From IMG/VR virus record IMGVR_UViG_3300023105_000125, positions 1 to 30,000 of that record: a stretch of 30,000 nucleotides of DNA. The stretch is one strand, 5' to 3'. This DNA comes from a virus (taxonomy: Duplodnaviria; Caudoviricetes). Both the position numbers and the translations under genes were made by a program. The notes beneath the pieces were generated by a model. The model had not been told where the DNA came from and ran no database searches. It saw nothing but the letters and a program-made list of their open reading frames with translations. Below are positions 7,426 through 16,308 of the stretch, in pieces (position 1 is the first letter of the stretch; every line of letters begins with the position of its first letter).

Positions 7426-8520
7426 TTATCCTAGTAAATCCTCGTATTCAACTTCATATTCCGCCAAATCGGTAGCATCTCCAATAGCCTCAAAACTAGC
7501 TTCAAGGCTTTCGGCTACTCTATCTATTTGTTTTTCGTTTACCTTTTTTCCTTTTGCCATTCTTCTCATTGCTCTTCTAGCAGCAGCTCGCGCTTTGTCT
7601 GATTTTTGCTGTGCTGCGGAGGCAGTGCGGCGTTTTTCTTCAAGAGTTTTTTTGATTTCTCTCAGTTCTTCAAGAGACTTCCCGCGAGGTCTTTCACTGG
7701 GAGGTATTTTTAGTTCTGAAAGTTCGGGAGGACCACCCAAGCGTCCACCGGGTCTTTGTTCAGCGAATCCAACGGCAACATCATCCAAAAAATTCTCACT
7801 TCTTTTATTTGTTAAACCATATGGGAAACCGCCTATGCTAGTTCCTGTTCCATATCCCAAAGTTTTTTCGTGAAGAGGGCTAAAACTAAGATTAACATCG
7901 ATTAATTTTGGAAGAATTGTGGTTCTAACTCCGCCCACACCGTCTGGATTTAATCCTTTTTCAAAAACACCATCAGTGCCTTCCAAGTTGTAGTTAACAG
8001 TACAGCTTGTTATTACTCCCAAAAGACCATTACTAGAGTTGTTGGTTGTTATATATTCATTAAAAGAATCAGTGCCTGTACCAAGATTCCCAGTTTTTCT
8101 ATTTGAAGTTGATTTTTGCATTAAGTTCATAACTTTTATTCTAACAAGCGGAGTTTCTGAAAGAGTTAGGGCATCGTTGGCATCAGTATAAGATGGATAT
8201 AGCATTTGTAAAAAACTTTGAACTTTATCAAGGTTTTCAAACGCTTCGCTTTCAGATGCAGCAGGAATCTTCCAAGCAAGAGTTATTGATCTTGTTGTGT
8301 TTTTGTATTGATATATTGGATCAGTTCTACCAAATACTTCGGTAGGTGTGTAGTTAGGGCTAAAAGTATCGTTAAATGCTGTGATAAAAGCTTTGAAGAA
8401 TACAGACGCTCCATTTCTTTCATTTCTAACTGATATTACTTGACCGTTATTTGCTAATGCATCGGAGCCATCAATTAAAAATTGTCCATCGTCTTTATAT
8501 TTTCTAACGTCAAATGTCAT
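7426..8520 (-). CDS. Baseplate tail-tube initiator/cap protein (gp48/gp54-like) with a charged C-terminal extension
   Basis: FKAFITAFNDTF...FGRTDPIYQYKNTTRSITLAW...LYPSY...PLVRI...GVITSCTVNY...PKLIDVNLSF is a tube-fold pattern. Directly follows the tape measure gene. Confidence 0.68.
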   Translation of the reverse strand: MTFDVRKYKDDGQFLIDGSDALANNGQVISVRNERNGASVFFKAFITAFNDTFSPNYTPTEVFGRTDPIYQYKNTTRSITLAWKIPAASESEAFENLDKVQSFLQMLYPSYTDANDALTLSETPLVRIKVMNLMQKSTSNRKTGNLGTGTDSFNEYITTNNSSNGLLGVITSCTVNYNLEGTDGVFEKGLNPDGVGGVRTTILPKLIDVNLSFSPLHEKTLGYGTGTSIGGFPYGLTNKRSENFLDDVAVGFAEQRPGGRLGGPPELSELKIPPSERPRGKSLEELREIKKTLEEKRRTASAAQQKSDKARAAARRAMRRMAKGKKVNEKQIDRVAESLEASFEAIGDATDLAEYEVEYEDLLG

Positions 8521-8544
8521 TGTTTTTCCTTATTCTCAATTCAA

Positions 8545-11157
8545 TTACCCGTCCTGCCGTAATTGTTTTTCTACGTTGACGGTGGTGTCATTAGTGGCTT
8601 TTATATTGAAAGACGTTCTTTGTGCCTCTATGGCGCGGGTGCTGCGGTCGATCGCTGCAACAACATCGGCGTTTGAGTTAGCGCCATTTTGAGCAGCGGC
8701 TGCCGCTGCAGCATTGGCAGCAGCGGCATTAACCTGTGCGTTATTTCCAACTCCCATAGCTTGCATAATATTGTAACCTGCTTCTTCACCCGAGGTACGC
8801 GCTGGAGCGTATTCAAGATCAAATTCGTTAGCAAACGCTCCTTGCATTCCAGATGCTAGACCTCCTACAACGGGCATCATCTGGCTGGATAGCTGAATTG
8901 AATAGACAGCCGCTTCTGCATAGTTTCCGCCAGCGATAGAATTGAAAATACCCATTATTTTTTCTAAAGTTGCAATAAAAGGAGCAAGAAGATAATAACC
9001 AAGCTTTGCAAAAATAATTATTCCTTTTAGCATCAAACCAAAAGATTTTGATATTTCTAAAGCAAGTGGTGCCAGTTCAAATAAATTATTTGCAAATTCT
9101 TTAATACCCTCTTGTGTTTTTGGATCTTTTAGGGCGTTTGAGAGTTGCTCAGCAATTTCATCAAATACATGGTATGATTCTTTTAATGAAGGCAATAAAC
9201 TATAAAACGTATTTTCAAGTTTTTCCATAAAGCCTTGTAACTCTTGTGCTCTTTTCTCTGCAGTGACATATTCGTCTGAAGTTTTTTTAACACTATCTGC
9301 AGCTAAATCAAAATTGCCACTCATGACCAATGCCAATTCAGATACATCTTGTAGCCCAGAAGACGCTGCAAGCATTTCTTGTTGGTAATATTCCATTTCA
9401 TCAAAAGACAGCCCGGTTGACAAAATTGCTTGCTGAATCATCTTGAGTCGTTCTACGGGATCTGTTGTTGTTATCATTTCCATTGCATTAAGGAAGTTAC
9501 CACCCAAAGCAGCGTTTAGTTTTCCAGCAGTAGAGGCTGCGCCCTCAAAAGTATCAAATTGTCTAGCTATTGCAACGAGTCTTCCAATTTCTATTTGGCT
9601 ATTCTTTGAGGCGATAGCCAAGTCTTTAAATACTTCGGTGCCTTCTCTACCAAACTTTGATATAAATCCAAGATTATCATTAAGTGATTGACCTAATTCG
9701 GAAAATGGAATCTGCAAGTCTCTTGCCAAAAGTTCAAGTTCTCTTATTTGTTCTGTAGCTTGAGGAACATTAAATCCCATGGCTTTAGTCATCATGACAA
9801 GGCTATTTGCTGTAGCCTCTGCAGACATACCAAGACGGTTCATAACTGCGGTAAACTCAACTAAAGCTTTTTGGTTTTCTGGGGTCTGTTTAGTAAAATC
9901 TTTGAAGCCAGTTACCAAAGCCTGTGTTGCTGCAACCATGTCCTCTGTTGTTACTCCTAGTGCTCTCATATCATTGGCGTTTGCCAACAAAGCTTTCGAG
10001 TTTTCTTCACTCAGATATGTTGTTCTTTGTATAAGCTTGTTTGCATCATATAGTTGCATATTGAATGTGATTATTTCTTTTGCCAAAAGAACAAAAGAAC
10101 CAATTGCAACAGCAATCACAGCAGCCACAGCGATAACTATGAGTATAAGTCCACCAGTTGCAACAGTAAGTCCCGTAACGGAAGCTCCTGCTGCTGCTGC
10201 AGATGAACCCATCGCTCCCGTTGCTGCCCCTGCTTCTGCAACTGCGGGTGCTGCTGCAGCCGCTGCTTCTCCAGTAGCAACGGTTGCAGCGCCAGTTGCC
10301 TCTAATGCGGGAGCGGCAGCTTCTGCGGCAGTTCCAACTGCTTCAACTGAACTCGATGCTGCTTCGGCGGCTTTTCCGGCTTCTGAAGCTGCACCAGCAA
10401 CTGATTTAGAGTCACCAGACATTTTAGCTAATCGACTTGCCTGATCTTTACTTAATTTCTCCATTTGACCCTTGGCTATGCTTCCAACTGGATCTAGAAT
10501 TTTTGATAAAAATCCTCCTTCACCTTCTTTGCTTTTTGCCATTACTTTGGCTATGTCAAACATATCGCCAGCGACACCTCTGAGTCCTCCAGCGATATCT
10601 CCAGATGCAATCCTTTTAATGGAACTAAGGGCACTAGAAAAACTATTATCAATAGCATCTAGATTTTTTTTTAATTGATCAGTTTCTTCTTTTTGTTTTT
10701 GTAGTTCTTTTGTTACTTTTTCTTGCTGGTCAGTATTCTCTTTTACTTTTTTATTTAGCTTTTCTTGATTTTTGTTGATTTCTTCTAGTTTTTCTGCTTG
10801 ATCAGAATATTGTCTTGCTTTTTCTTTTTCAAGCTCAAGTTGCTTTTGGATAAGTTTTCTTTTAGCTTCTTGTTTCTTTTCAATTGTTGAAGATGTTGCT
10901 GCCTCTTTTTCTAAAGCTTCAATTTCAGAGTTAAGAGTTGATAGAATTTTTTTTCTGCTTTCAAGAACTCTATCTAATTGTCTACCAAGCTCTGTGGCTT
11001 CACCAGCAGCCTGCTTATAATTCTCAATTGTTTGGGTACCAGTATCCTCAAGTTCTCTTTTTAGCTTAGAAAACTCATTAGCAAGTCCCCGAAGTCGCTC
11101 TAACGTCGGGTCAGGTGCCGGGGGGTCAAAAGGATCGCCTCCAAAAGGATCAGCCAT
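8545..11157 (-). CDS. Tail tape measure protein
   Basis: 870 aa, largely helical in character: N-terminal K/E/Q coiled coil, Ala-rich stretch, hydrophobic segment (GGLILIVIAVAAVIAVAIGSFVLLA). Canonical position after the tube and chaperone genes. GAGGT SD. Confidence 0.8.
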   Translation of the reverse strand: MADPFGGDPFDPPAPDPTLERLRGLANEFSKLKRELEDTGTQTIENYKQAAGEATELGRQLDRVLESRKKILSTLNSEIEALEKEAATSSTIEKKQEAKRKLIQKQLELEKEKARQYSDQAEKLEEINKNQEKLNKKVKENTDQQEKVTKELQKQKEETDQLKKNLDAIDNSFSSALSSIKRIASGDIAGGLRGVAGDMFDIAKVMAKSKEGEGGFLSKILDPVGSIAKGQMEKLSKDQASRLAKMSGDSKSVAGAASEAGKAAEAASSSVEAVGTAAEAAAPALEATGAATVATGEAAAAAAPAVAEAGAATGAMGSSAAAAGASVTGLTVATGGLILIVIAVAAVIAVAIGSFVLLAKEIITFNMQLYDANKLIQRTTYLSEENSKALLANANDMRALGVTTEDMVAATQALVTGFKDFTKQTPENQKALVEFTAVMNRLGMSAEATANSLVMMTKAMGFNVPQATEQIRELELLARDLQIPFSELGQSLNDNLGFISKFGREGTEVFKDLAIASKNSQIEIGRLVAIARQFDTFEGAASTAGKLNAALGGNFLNAMEMITTTDPVERLKMIQQAILSTGLSFDEMEYYQQEMLAASSGLQDVSELALVMSGNFDLAADSVKKTSDEYVTAEKRAQELQGFMEKLENTFYSLLPSLKESYHVFDEIAEQLSNALKDPKTQEGIKEFANNLFELAPLALEISKSFGLMLKGIIIFAKLGYYLLAPFIATLEKIMGIFNSIAGGNYAEAAVYSIQLSSQMMPVVGGLASGMQGAFANEFDLEYAPARTSGEEAGYNIMQAMGVGNNAQVNAAAANAAAAAAAQNGANSNADVVAAIDRSTRAIEAQRTSFNIKATNDTTVNVEKQLRQDG

Positions 11158-11176
11158 AGAATAGTACCTCTCTCTA

Positions 11177-11184
11177 TAAATAGG
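11177..11184 (-). promoter_or_regulatory. Candidate late promoter motif (CCTATTTA) before the tape measure gene
   Basis: One-mismatch copy of the recurring ACTATTTA motif, about 20 nt before the ATG and just after a terminator. Confidence 0.6.
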
Positions 11185-11192
11185 CTGGTGTC

Positions 11193-11218
11193 AAAAAGAA
11201 AAGGCAGCCCAAGCTGCC
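11193..11218 (-). terminator. Rho-independent terminator after the tail chaperone genes
   Basis: Minus strand GGCAGC-TTGG-GCTGCC-TTTTCTTTTT. Confidence 0.85.
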
Positions 11219-11221
11219 AGT

Positions 11222-11470
11222 CTAGAAAGTCTTAATCATATTTGGCTGGTTGTTAGCTGTCAAAGTTTGAGTTTTTCCACTTCCACCCTGTGAAGCATTT
11301 CTGACTGCTTCTGCTTCCATCTCAAGTTGTTTGATAGTCCGCTGAACAAACCAGTCTCTGAGCCCTATAGGCAGGCTGTAAGCTTCAGAAAAACTCCAGC
11401 CACCACTATGCTTCAAGAAAAAAATCTGTTCGTATATTGCTTCACTATACTCTTCGGTCAGGCCAAAAAA
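11222..11470 (-). CDS. gp51-like / GT-type tail assembly chaperone extension, probably reached by frameshift from the upstream gene
   Basis: FFGLTEEYSEAIYEQIFFLKHSGGWSFSEAYSLPIGLRDWFV resembles the small gp51-type ORF of T4-like phages. It has no good start of its own, and its frame overlaps the upstream CDS at a T7 run (11465-11471). Confidence 0.7.
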   Translation of the reverse strand, partial: FFGLTEEYSEAIYEQIFFLKHSGGWSFSEAYSLPIGLRDWFVQRTIKQLEMEAEAVRNASQGGSGKTQTLTANNQPNMIKTF

Positions 11471-12275
11471 AGTCCGCCGTGAGCGGCACCTCCATTTCTT
11501 GCGTGTGTCCACACTCTTCGCAAGAAAACTCCTGAGTTAGATCAATGTTAGGTGTTGCCTTCTTTAATTCATTTCTAAGATATCTAGAATCCATAGAAGG
11601 AATATTGTTGGCAACATATCTGATAGCATTATGAGACCGGTCGTCGTTAACACTAACAATAATGGCTTCTAATTGCTTAGAGATAATTTGATCAGACTTT
11701 GATACCTTTGTTATGTTTGGTTCGTGCCTGCCAGTTAGTAATCTTGCAACAACTTTTACATCTGTTTTTGGCAAGAAGCAAGTAATTGTTCCGTCACCAT
11801 TATCTATGGTATCAGTATCATCACCTACCCCACCTTCTTCTATGGTAGCATCATTCAAATCAAATGCATACTTTTGCTTTGTTTCACACGCAGGGCATTG
11901 AACTTGTGTTTTATATTCGCTACCATATCCAGAAACTCTAGCTGCAATTAGAATAGCGTTTCTATCGCCAATAAGCAGGTCCTTGGTAGATATATTTTTA
12001 TCCACTACGATACTATCGATTAATCTATCGACAGCTACGCCTTTCTTTAGTAGAGATCTGGAAGTGAGAATGTCTTCTTCCTTCGCAGTCATCTGCTTGA
12101 TTTCAATTGATTCTCTCCCATGTAGTGGGTGTCTTTGTGGATAAAAGCGACCTTGGGATGGTAAATCCACAAACTCTGTGGGAATTACAAACGAGAAACC
12201 CCCACCACCCTGCTGGGGTGGGGGGCTCGTGTCAGGCTGTTGAACGCCGCCTAGGCGATCCTGATTTCTTGACAA
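11445..12275 (-). CDS. gp26-like baseplate hub assembly / tail assembly chaperone
   Basis: PTEFVDLPSQGRFYP, MTAKEEDIL, DLLIGDRNAILIAARVSGYG, two CxxC pairs (CPAC, CEEC) and C-terminal DFFWP. TTG start with GAGGTG SD. Lies between the tube and tape measure genes. Confidence 0.78.
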   Translation of the reverse strand: MSRNQDRLGGVQQPDTSPPPQQGGGGFSFVIPTEFVDLPSQGRFYPQRHPLHGRESIEIKQMTAKEEDILTSRSLLKKGVAVDRLIDSIVVDKNISTKDLLIGDRNAILIAARVSGYGSEYKTQVQCPACETKQKYAFDLNDATIEEGGVGDDTDTIDNGDGTITCFLPKTDVKVVARLLTGRHEPNITKVSKSDQIISKQLEAIIVSVNDDRSHNAIRYVANNIPSMDSRYLRNELKKATPNIDLTQEFSCEECGHTQEMEVPLTADFFWPDRRV

Positions 12276-12304
12276 TTTACACCTCGCGTTTTATATTGTC
12301 TAAA

Positions 12305-12895
12305 TTATACCTTGAAGAATTCTCTCTGACCAGTTGAACCAGCCTTCTTGGAATCGCTAGCGGTTTCGACTCTTGCCCAATCATAACGAAGGGTGATAGA
12401 GACCTCAGTTAGATCGGAGTTACCGTAATCTAGTGAGTCGCCATACTTGATGTCCTGAATGAAGGGGTTCCAAAGAGTCCAAGTTTCTAGTGCGTTACCA
12501 TCGGAGTCAATCTGGGTAACGGTAACCTGACCAAGTGAAGTAGCTGCCTTGGCCTTTGACATTGTACCAAGAGTCGTAACATCAGTTGGGGGAGCATAGC
12601 CGCCGTTAACAATAATGTCAGAGAAAGTAGCAGTCATGTCTGGATCAACTGGATCAACCATGGTAATTGTAACAGGATTCCAAGTTACACCACCGGGATA
12701 GTAGAAAGTATGGTTTAGATACTTATGCTCATTTTCTGCAATGGTGAATGAAGGCTTTGCAGCAGTCTTGGCGTACCAAGCTACAGCACCACCGGGGGTA
12801 GCAGCAACGCCACCAAATTCAACGATGAATCTATGGTTGCGCTTTGGATCTTTTAGAGTAGAGTTTTGTCCGAAATTAGTTGACCAGAATGGCAT
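12305..12895 (-). CDS. gp19: Tail tube protein (gp19-like)
   Basis: DPKRNHRFIVEF, KPSFTI, YYPGGVTWNPVTITMVDP, ETWTL and LDYGNSDLTEVSITLRYDWA. Follows the sheath gene. AGGAGA SD. Confidence 0.88.
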   Translation of the reverse strand: MPFWSTNFGQNSTLKDPKRNHRFIVEFGGVAATPGGAVAWYAKTAAKPSFTIAENEHKYLNHTFYYPGGVTWNPVTITMVDPVDPDMTATFSDIIVNGGYAPPTDVTTLGTMSKAKAATSLGQVTVTQIDSDGNALETWTLWNPFIQDIKYGDSLDYGNSDLTEVSITLRYDWARVETASDSKKAGSTGQREFFKV

Positions 12896-12919
12896 GTTTT
12901 AGGTTCTCCTGTGTATTCA

Positions 12920-12927
12920 TAAATAAG
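12920..12927 (-). promoter_or_regulatory. Candidate late promoter variant (CTTATTTA) before the tube gene
   Basis: TATTTA core about 25 nt before the ATG. Confidence 0.5.
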
Positions 12928-12934
12928 TAGTAGG

Positions 12935-12952
12935 TGGGGGCAAAAGCCCCCA
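12935..12952. promoter_or_regulatory. GC-rich hairpin between the sheath and tube genes, with no U-tract on the coding strand
   Basis: TGGGGGC-AAAA-GCCCCCA perfect 7-bp inverted repeat 4 nt after the sheath stop. Confidence 0.6.
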
Positions 12953-12956
12953 TTTA

Positions 12957-15900
12957 TCAATCGTCAAATGATGCACCAGTTGAAGCAACGATGAAGTCGA
13001 TAGCGATGTACTCGATTGCTCTGGCTGGCTTAATCATAATCTTAGCGTACACAACATTCTGGTCTACAAGGTCAGGTGTTGTGGTGCTCTCGTCTAGAAT
13101 GAGACGGTAATCAGTGATACCGAACTGAGTCTTGACGTTTGCAAGGAATGGCTCGATGAGACCCTTGAAGCGGTTCCAAGTTGCCTGTACGTTCTGCTCA
13201 AAGAGAATCTGAGTAGAAAGGATGGAGATCTGCTTCTTGAGGTAGATGACTAGACGACGCACGTTGATGCGGTCTAGAGCAGATGGGCGCTCCTGTAGGG
13301 TCTTCTGACCGAACACTACGATACCGGTGCTTGGGAAGCTGGCGATTGGGTTAATGCGTGCTTCGTAAAGAACGTCGCGCTCCTTGGAGGTTAGTCTGCG
13401 TGAGACGCTAGTGACAGGGATACCTGCTGCGCCGTCGGAGAGGCCACCTCTGTTGAAGCCTGCTGGAGCAAACCAGATTTGTGATGATCTCTCGGAGCTT
13501 GCAAGAACACCCATCATGGCAACAGTAGGTGGTACCCAAAGTGCCTGACCTGTACCCTCGTCTACAGTCTGTACCCATGGGTAGAATGTAGCACCGTAGG
13601 ATGAATCAATCTGGCGAGTACGAAGTTCGTTTGCTGCCTGTGATGGACTCTTGGTCTGTCGATCCTTGATATCTGCTTCGTACTGCTCGTGGGCTGGGAG
13701 GTATACACCGGGGAGGTCGATTAGGGCAAGAGCGTCAGCGCGTGCCTCACAGACATCAACCATGTGTGTAGTTAGACCTTCCTTAGTTAGACCGGGAATT
13801 GCTAGCAAGTTCATATCTACAAACTCTGGGTCAGCAACTGTATCAATAGCGCGCTTGTAAGTATTGTAGATGTAGCTTGTAGTATCTGTGGCAGTTGCAG
13901 TCATACCAGCGTTGTATAGTGGGTCTGGCTTGGTGATGTCAAATCCATCGAAGCCGCCCCAAAGAGGCATTGTGAACTGGTCGTAACCAAGGTCAATAAG
14001 ATCCTTATAGGTCTTACCTGCTTGAGCAGTGTAGCTTGTCTCGGTAGCGCGTGAACCGGATGAGTAGAAGGCACCGACGCTTCCGGTTATAATGTCATCC
14101 ATAGTGAAGATGTAATCTTGCTGGACAGCACCTGCAACGCTACCCCAGTTTCCAAGCTCACTAATCCATCTTCTGTGGTAATCAAGAACTGATCTGTCAC
14201 CACGGCTGCTGCCACGAGTTCTTGTGGTCTGCATACCGAAGTAAGCGTCTGTCTGGTCGGAAAGACCACCATCTGAAGCTGAGTGGCGTAGTCTTACTGC
14301 TGGCCAAAGTAGGGAGCCAGTGAAGTTACCTGTTGAGCCTGATAGTAGACCGTCAAAACCTGCTCCAAAGTCGTTGGCTGCATCGATGTATCTGTTAGTT
14401 AGGGCATCGTCGCTTGCAGAACCACTCCAATCAGTAATTGATGTGAAGTTGGGAGGACCGTAGTAGCCGAATGGAACAAGTGAGTTGGCATTCTGAATGT
14501 TGCCCTCATTGATGTCACTGACATATACAAATTTGGACTGATTTGGATACTCACCGTATAGTCTTAGTCTTCTTTCTGACTCGTTCCATTCGTAGTACTG
14601 GTCACCAATAACTCTTGAAATGTAGTTTGGTGAACGTGGGTCAAGAGTTACATTGTCGAATCTCTCTAGAACAACTGGGTTAGCGTCAGTGTCAGTTAGT
14701 GAGCGAAGAACAATAGAGAAAGTACCAAAGTCGCTGGTCTGTGTACCAGAGTAACGAATTTTCTCGATTGAAATCTTGACGTTCTTATGTAGCCACTCGC
14801 CGTGACCGCGACCCTTGAGCTTGAATAGCTTGTATGCCTGCTCTGGTACCCAAGAACCAGCATCACCGATATCCTGACCAATAACCCAGCCAGTCTGAGC
14901 TTCTTGGGTTGGGATGTTCATGCTGTTGGGTCCACTGGAACCATTTCTGATTGGAAGAATAACACCAAACATTTTCTTGGACTGAATCTCGTCTCCGGTG
15001 CTACCAGTGATAGATCCAACTTCATCCTGACCTTCGCGAAGTTCTTGACCGAATGTCTCACCAAGCCAGTAGTTTCGCTCTAGTGAGCCTTCATAGAAAT
15101 TTCCTTCAACAAGCTGGGGATTTGTATTGAATACCTTGCGAATAAATCTCTGGTCGGTATCGTCAAAGTTGAAGGAGAACTTTTCATCAGCATCGCCTGT
15201 AACCTTAGAACCCTTGATAGTAGCGGTAAACAGCCCACTAGTATCAGACTCAATTACCATACCGATACCTTCTGCCTTGACTCCACTGTTAGCAAGAGAG
15301 CCAGAAAGTCTAATCTGGCTATCCTGATCCATGTACCAAACTGCACCTAGCATCGCTGAACCAAGATTGTCGGTGTTATCGCCACCGGTTCCACAAGTAT
15401 CGTTGGAGCTTGATGGGAATACCCAGAGACCGTAAGCACCGCCGTTGTCGGTTAGTAAGCCTGCGCCATCAACATCAGTTACAACCAAGTTTGAAACACT
15501 GGTGTAGGAAGCTGTAGTGACATTGAAGTTGGCATGGTCGAGACCAACCTTTGATCTAATTCTTGTACCCTGTTCATCAGAGCCAGTGATTACATCATAG
15601 TTATCTGAGAGTGCGCTGTTGTATAGAGTGTACAAAGCATCACCAACAGCAACAGTAGTAACATCTACAGAATCAACATCGACTGATGCTGTTCTATTAG
15701 CGTCGAAAGTGGTACTAGTAGAGCCACTATCGTTGAAAACGACTAAGTAATCAACACCGGCAGCGTCTATTTGCAAATGTTGGTGTACAGATGGCATACC
15801 ACTAAAGTATAAGTTTAGCTGCGCAAATGTCTGTGCATCTGGGTTCTCAGTAGTTTTCCAACCAGCCTTACCAGCGTCGGTAGCGCTGTTATGCTCTGAG

Positions 15901-16214
15901 CCAAGAAGGCGAACAAAAGTTACAGGAGCAACTGAAGCGTTTAGAAATGCCTTGGCTGCATAGGTGCTGTACATTGGTGATTGGTAGTTGCCATCACGAT
16001 AAACATCACCACCAGCGTTACCGGGAACAGTATCTCCGTACATGGTCAGGAAGTCAGAAAATGATTCTAGCTTGACTGGCTGCATTGCGAGACCTCGAAC
16101 AGAGCGTCCAATGACTACTGGACCAATAGCGTCAGGTCTGCGGGGGCGGAATGAGTTATCAATTTCGTTGATAAACACACCGGGAGATACAAATTTGAAG
16201 TTTTTTACGGGCAT
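12957..16214 (-). CDS. gp18: Contractile tail sheath protein (gp18-like), 1085 aa
   Basis: FVSPGVFINEID, WFAPAGFNRG, INPIASFP..GIVVFGQKTLQ, SALDRINVRRL and IKPARAIEYIAIDF. Confidence 0.95.
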   Translation of the reverse strand: MPVKNFKFVSPGVFINEIDNSFRPRRPDAIGPVVIGRSVRGLAMQPVKLESFSDFLTMYGDTVPGNAGGDVYRDGNYQSPMYSTYAAKAFLNASVAPVTFVRLLGSEHNSATDAGKAGWKTTENPDAQTFAQLNLYFSGMPSVHQHLQIDAAGVDYLVVFNDSGSTSTTFDANRTASVDVDSVDVTTVAVGDALYTLYNSALSDNYDVITGSDEQGTRIRSKVGLDHANFNVTTASYTSVSNLVVTDVDGAGLLTDNGGAYGLWVFPSSSNDTCGTGGDNTDNLGSAMLGAVWYMDQDSQIRLSGSLANSGVKAEGIGMVIESDTSGLFTATIKGSKVTGDADEKFSFNFDDTDQRFIRKVFNTNPQLVEGNFYEGSLERNYWLGETFGQELREGQDEVGSITGSTGDEIQSKKMFGVILPIRNGSSGPNSMNIPTQEAQTGWVIGQDIGDAGSWVPEQAYKLFKLKGRGHGEWLHKNVKISIEKIRYSGTQTSDFGTFSIVLRSLTDTDANPVVLERFDNVTLDPRSPNYISRVIGDQYYEWNESERRLRLYGEYPNQSKFVYVSDINEGNIQNANSLVPFGYYGPPNFTSITDWSGSASDDALTNRYIDAANDFGAGFDGLLSGSTGNFTGSLLWPAVRLRHSASDGGLSDQTDAYFGMQTTRTRGSSRGDRSVLDYHRRWISELGNWGSVAGAVQQDYIFTMDDIITGSVGAFYSSGSRATETSYTAQAGKTYKDLIDLGYDQFTMPLWGGFDGFDITKPDPLYNAGMTATATDTTSYIYNTYKRAIDTVADPEFVDMNLLAIPGLTKEGLTTHMVDVCEARADALALIDLPGVYLPAHEQYEADIKDRQTKSPSQAANELRTRQIDSSYGATFYPWVQTVDEGTGQALWVPPTVAMMGVLASSERSSQIWFAPAGFNRGGLSDGAAGIPVTSVSRRLTSKERDVLYEARINPIASFPSTGIVVFGQKTLQERPSALDRINVRRLVIYLKKQISILSTQILFEQNVQATWNRFKGLIEPFLANVKTQFGITDYRLILDESTTTPDLVDQNVVYAKIMIKPARAIEYIAIDFIVASTGASFDD

Positions 16215-16268
16215 TAGGTATTCCTCACTTTTTAAATAAACATGCTATAAAGCATCATCAATCATGTT

Positions 16269-16276
16269 TAAATAGT
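16269..16276 (-). promoter_or_regulatory. Candidate late promoter (ACTATTTA) before the sheath gene
   Basis: Exact motif in the intergenic gap, about 55 nt before the ATG. Confidence 0.65.
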
Positions 16277-16308
16277 ATTGTTGTTTCTCAAAACACTTCA
16301 GGATGTGA

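Noticed and set aside
9779-10444. 221-aa Ala-rich plus-strand ORF
   Set aside because: Antisense shadow of the Ala-rich tape measure segment (GCA/GCT codons avoid stops); no independent motif.
11471-11512. GTG start at 11512 for the 96-aa ORF
   Set aside because: The N-terminal MDTRKKWRCRSRR is off-frame read of the upstream gene; the protein-like sequence begins at the T7 run.
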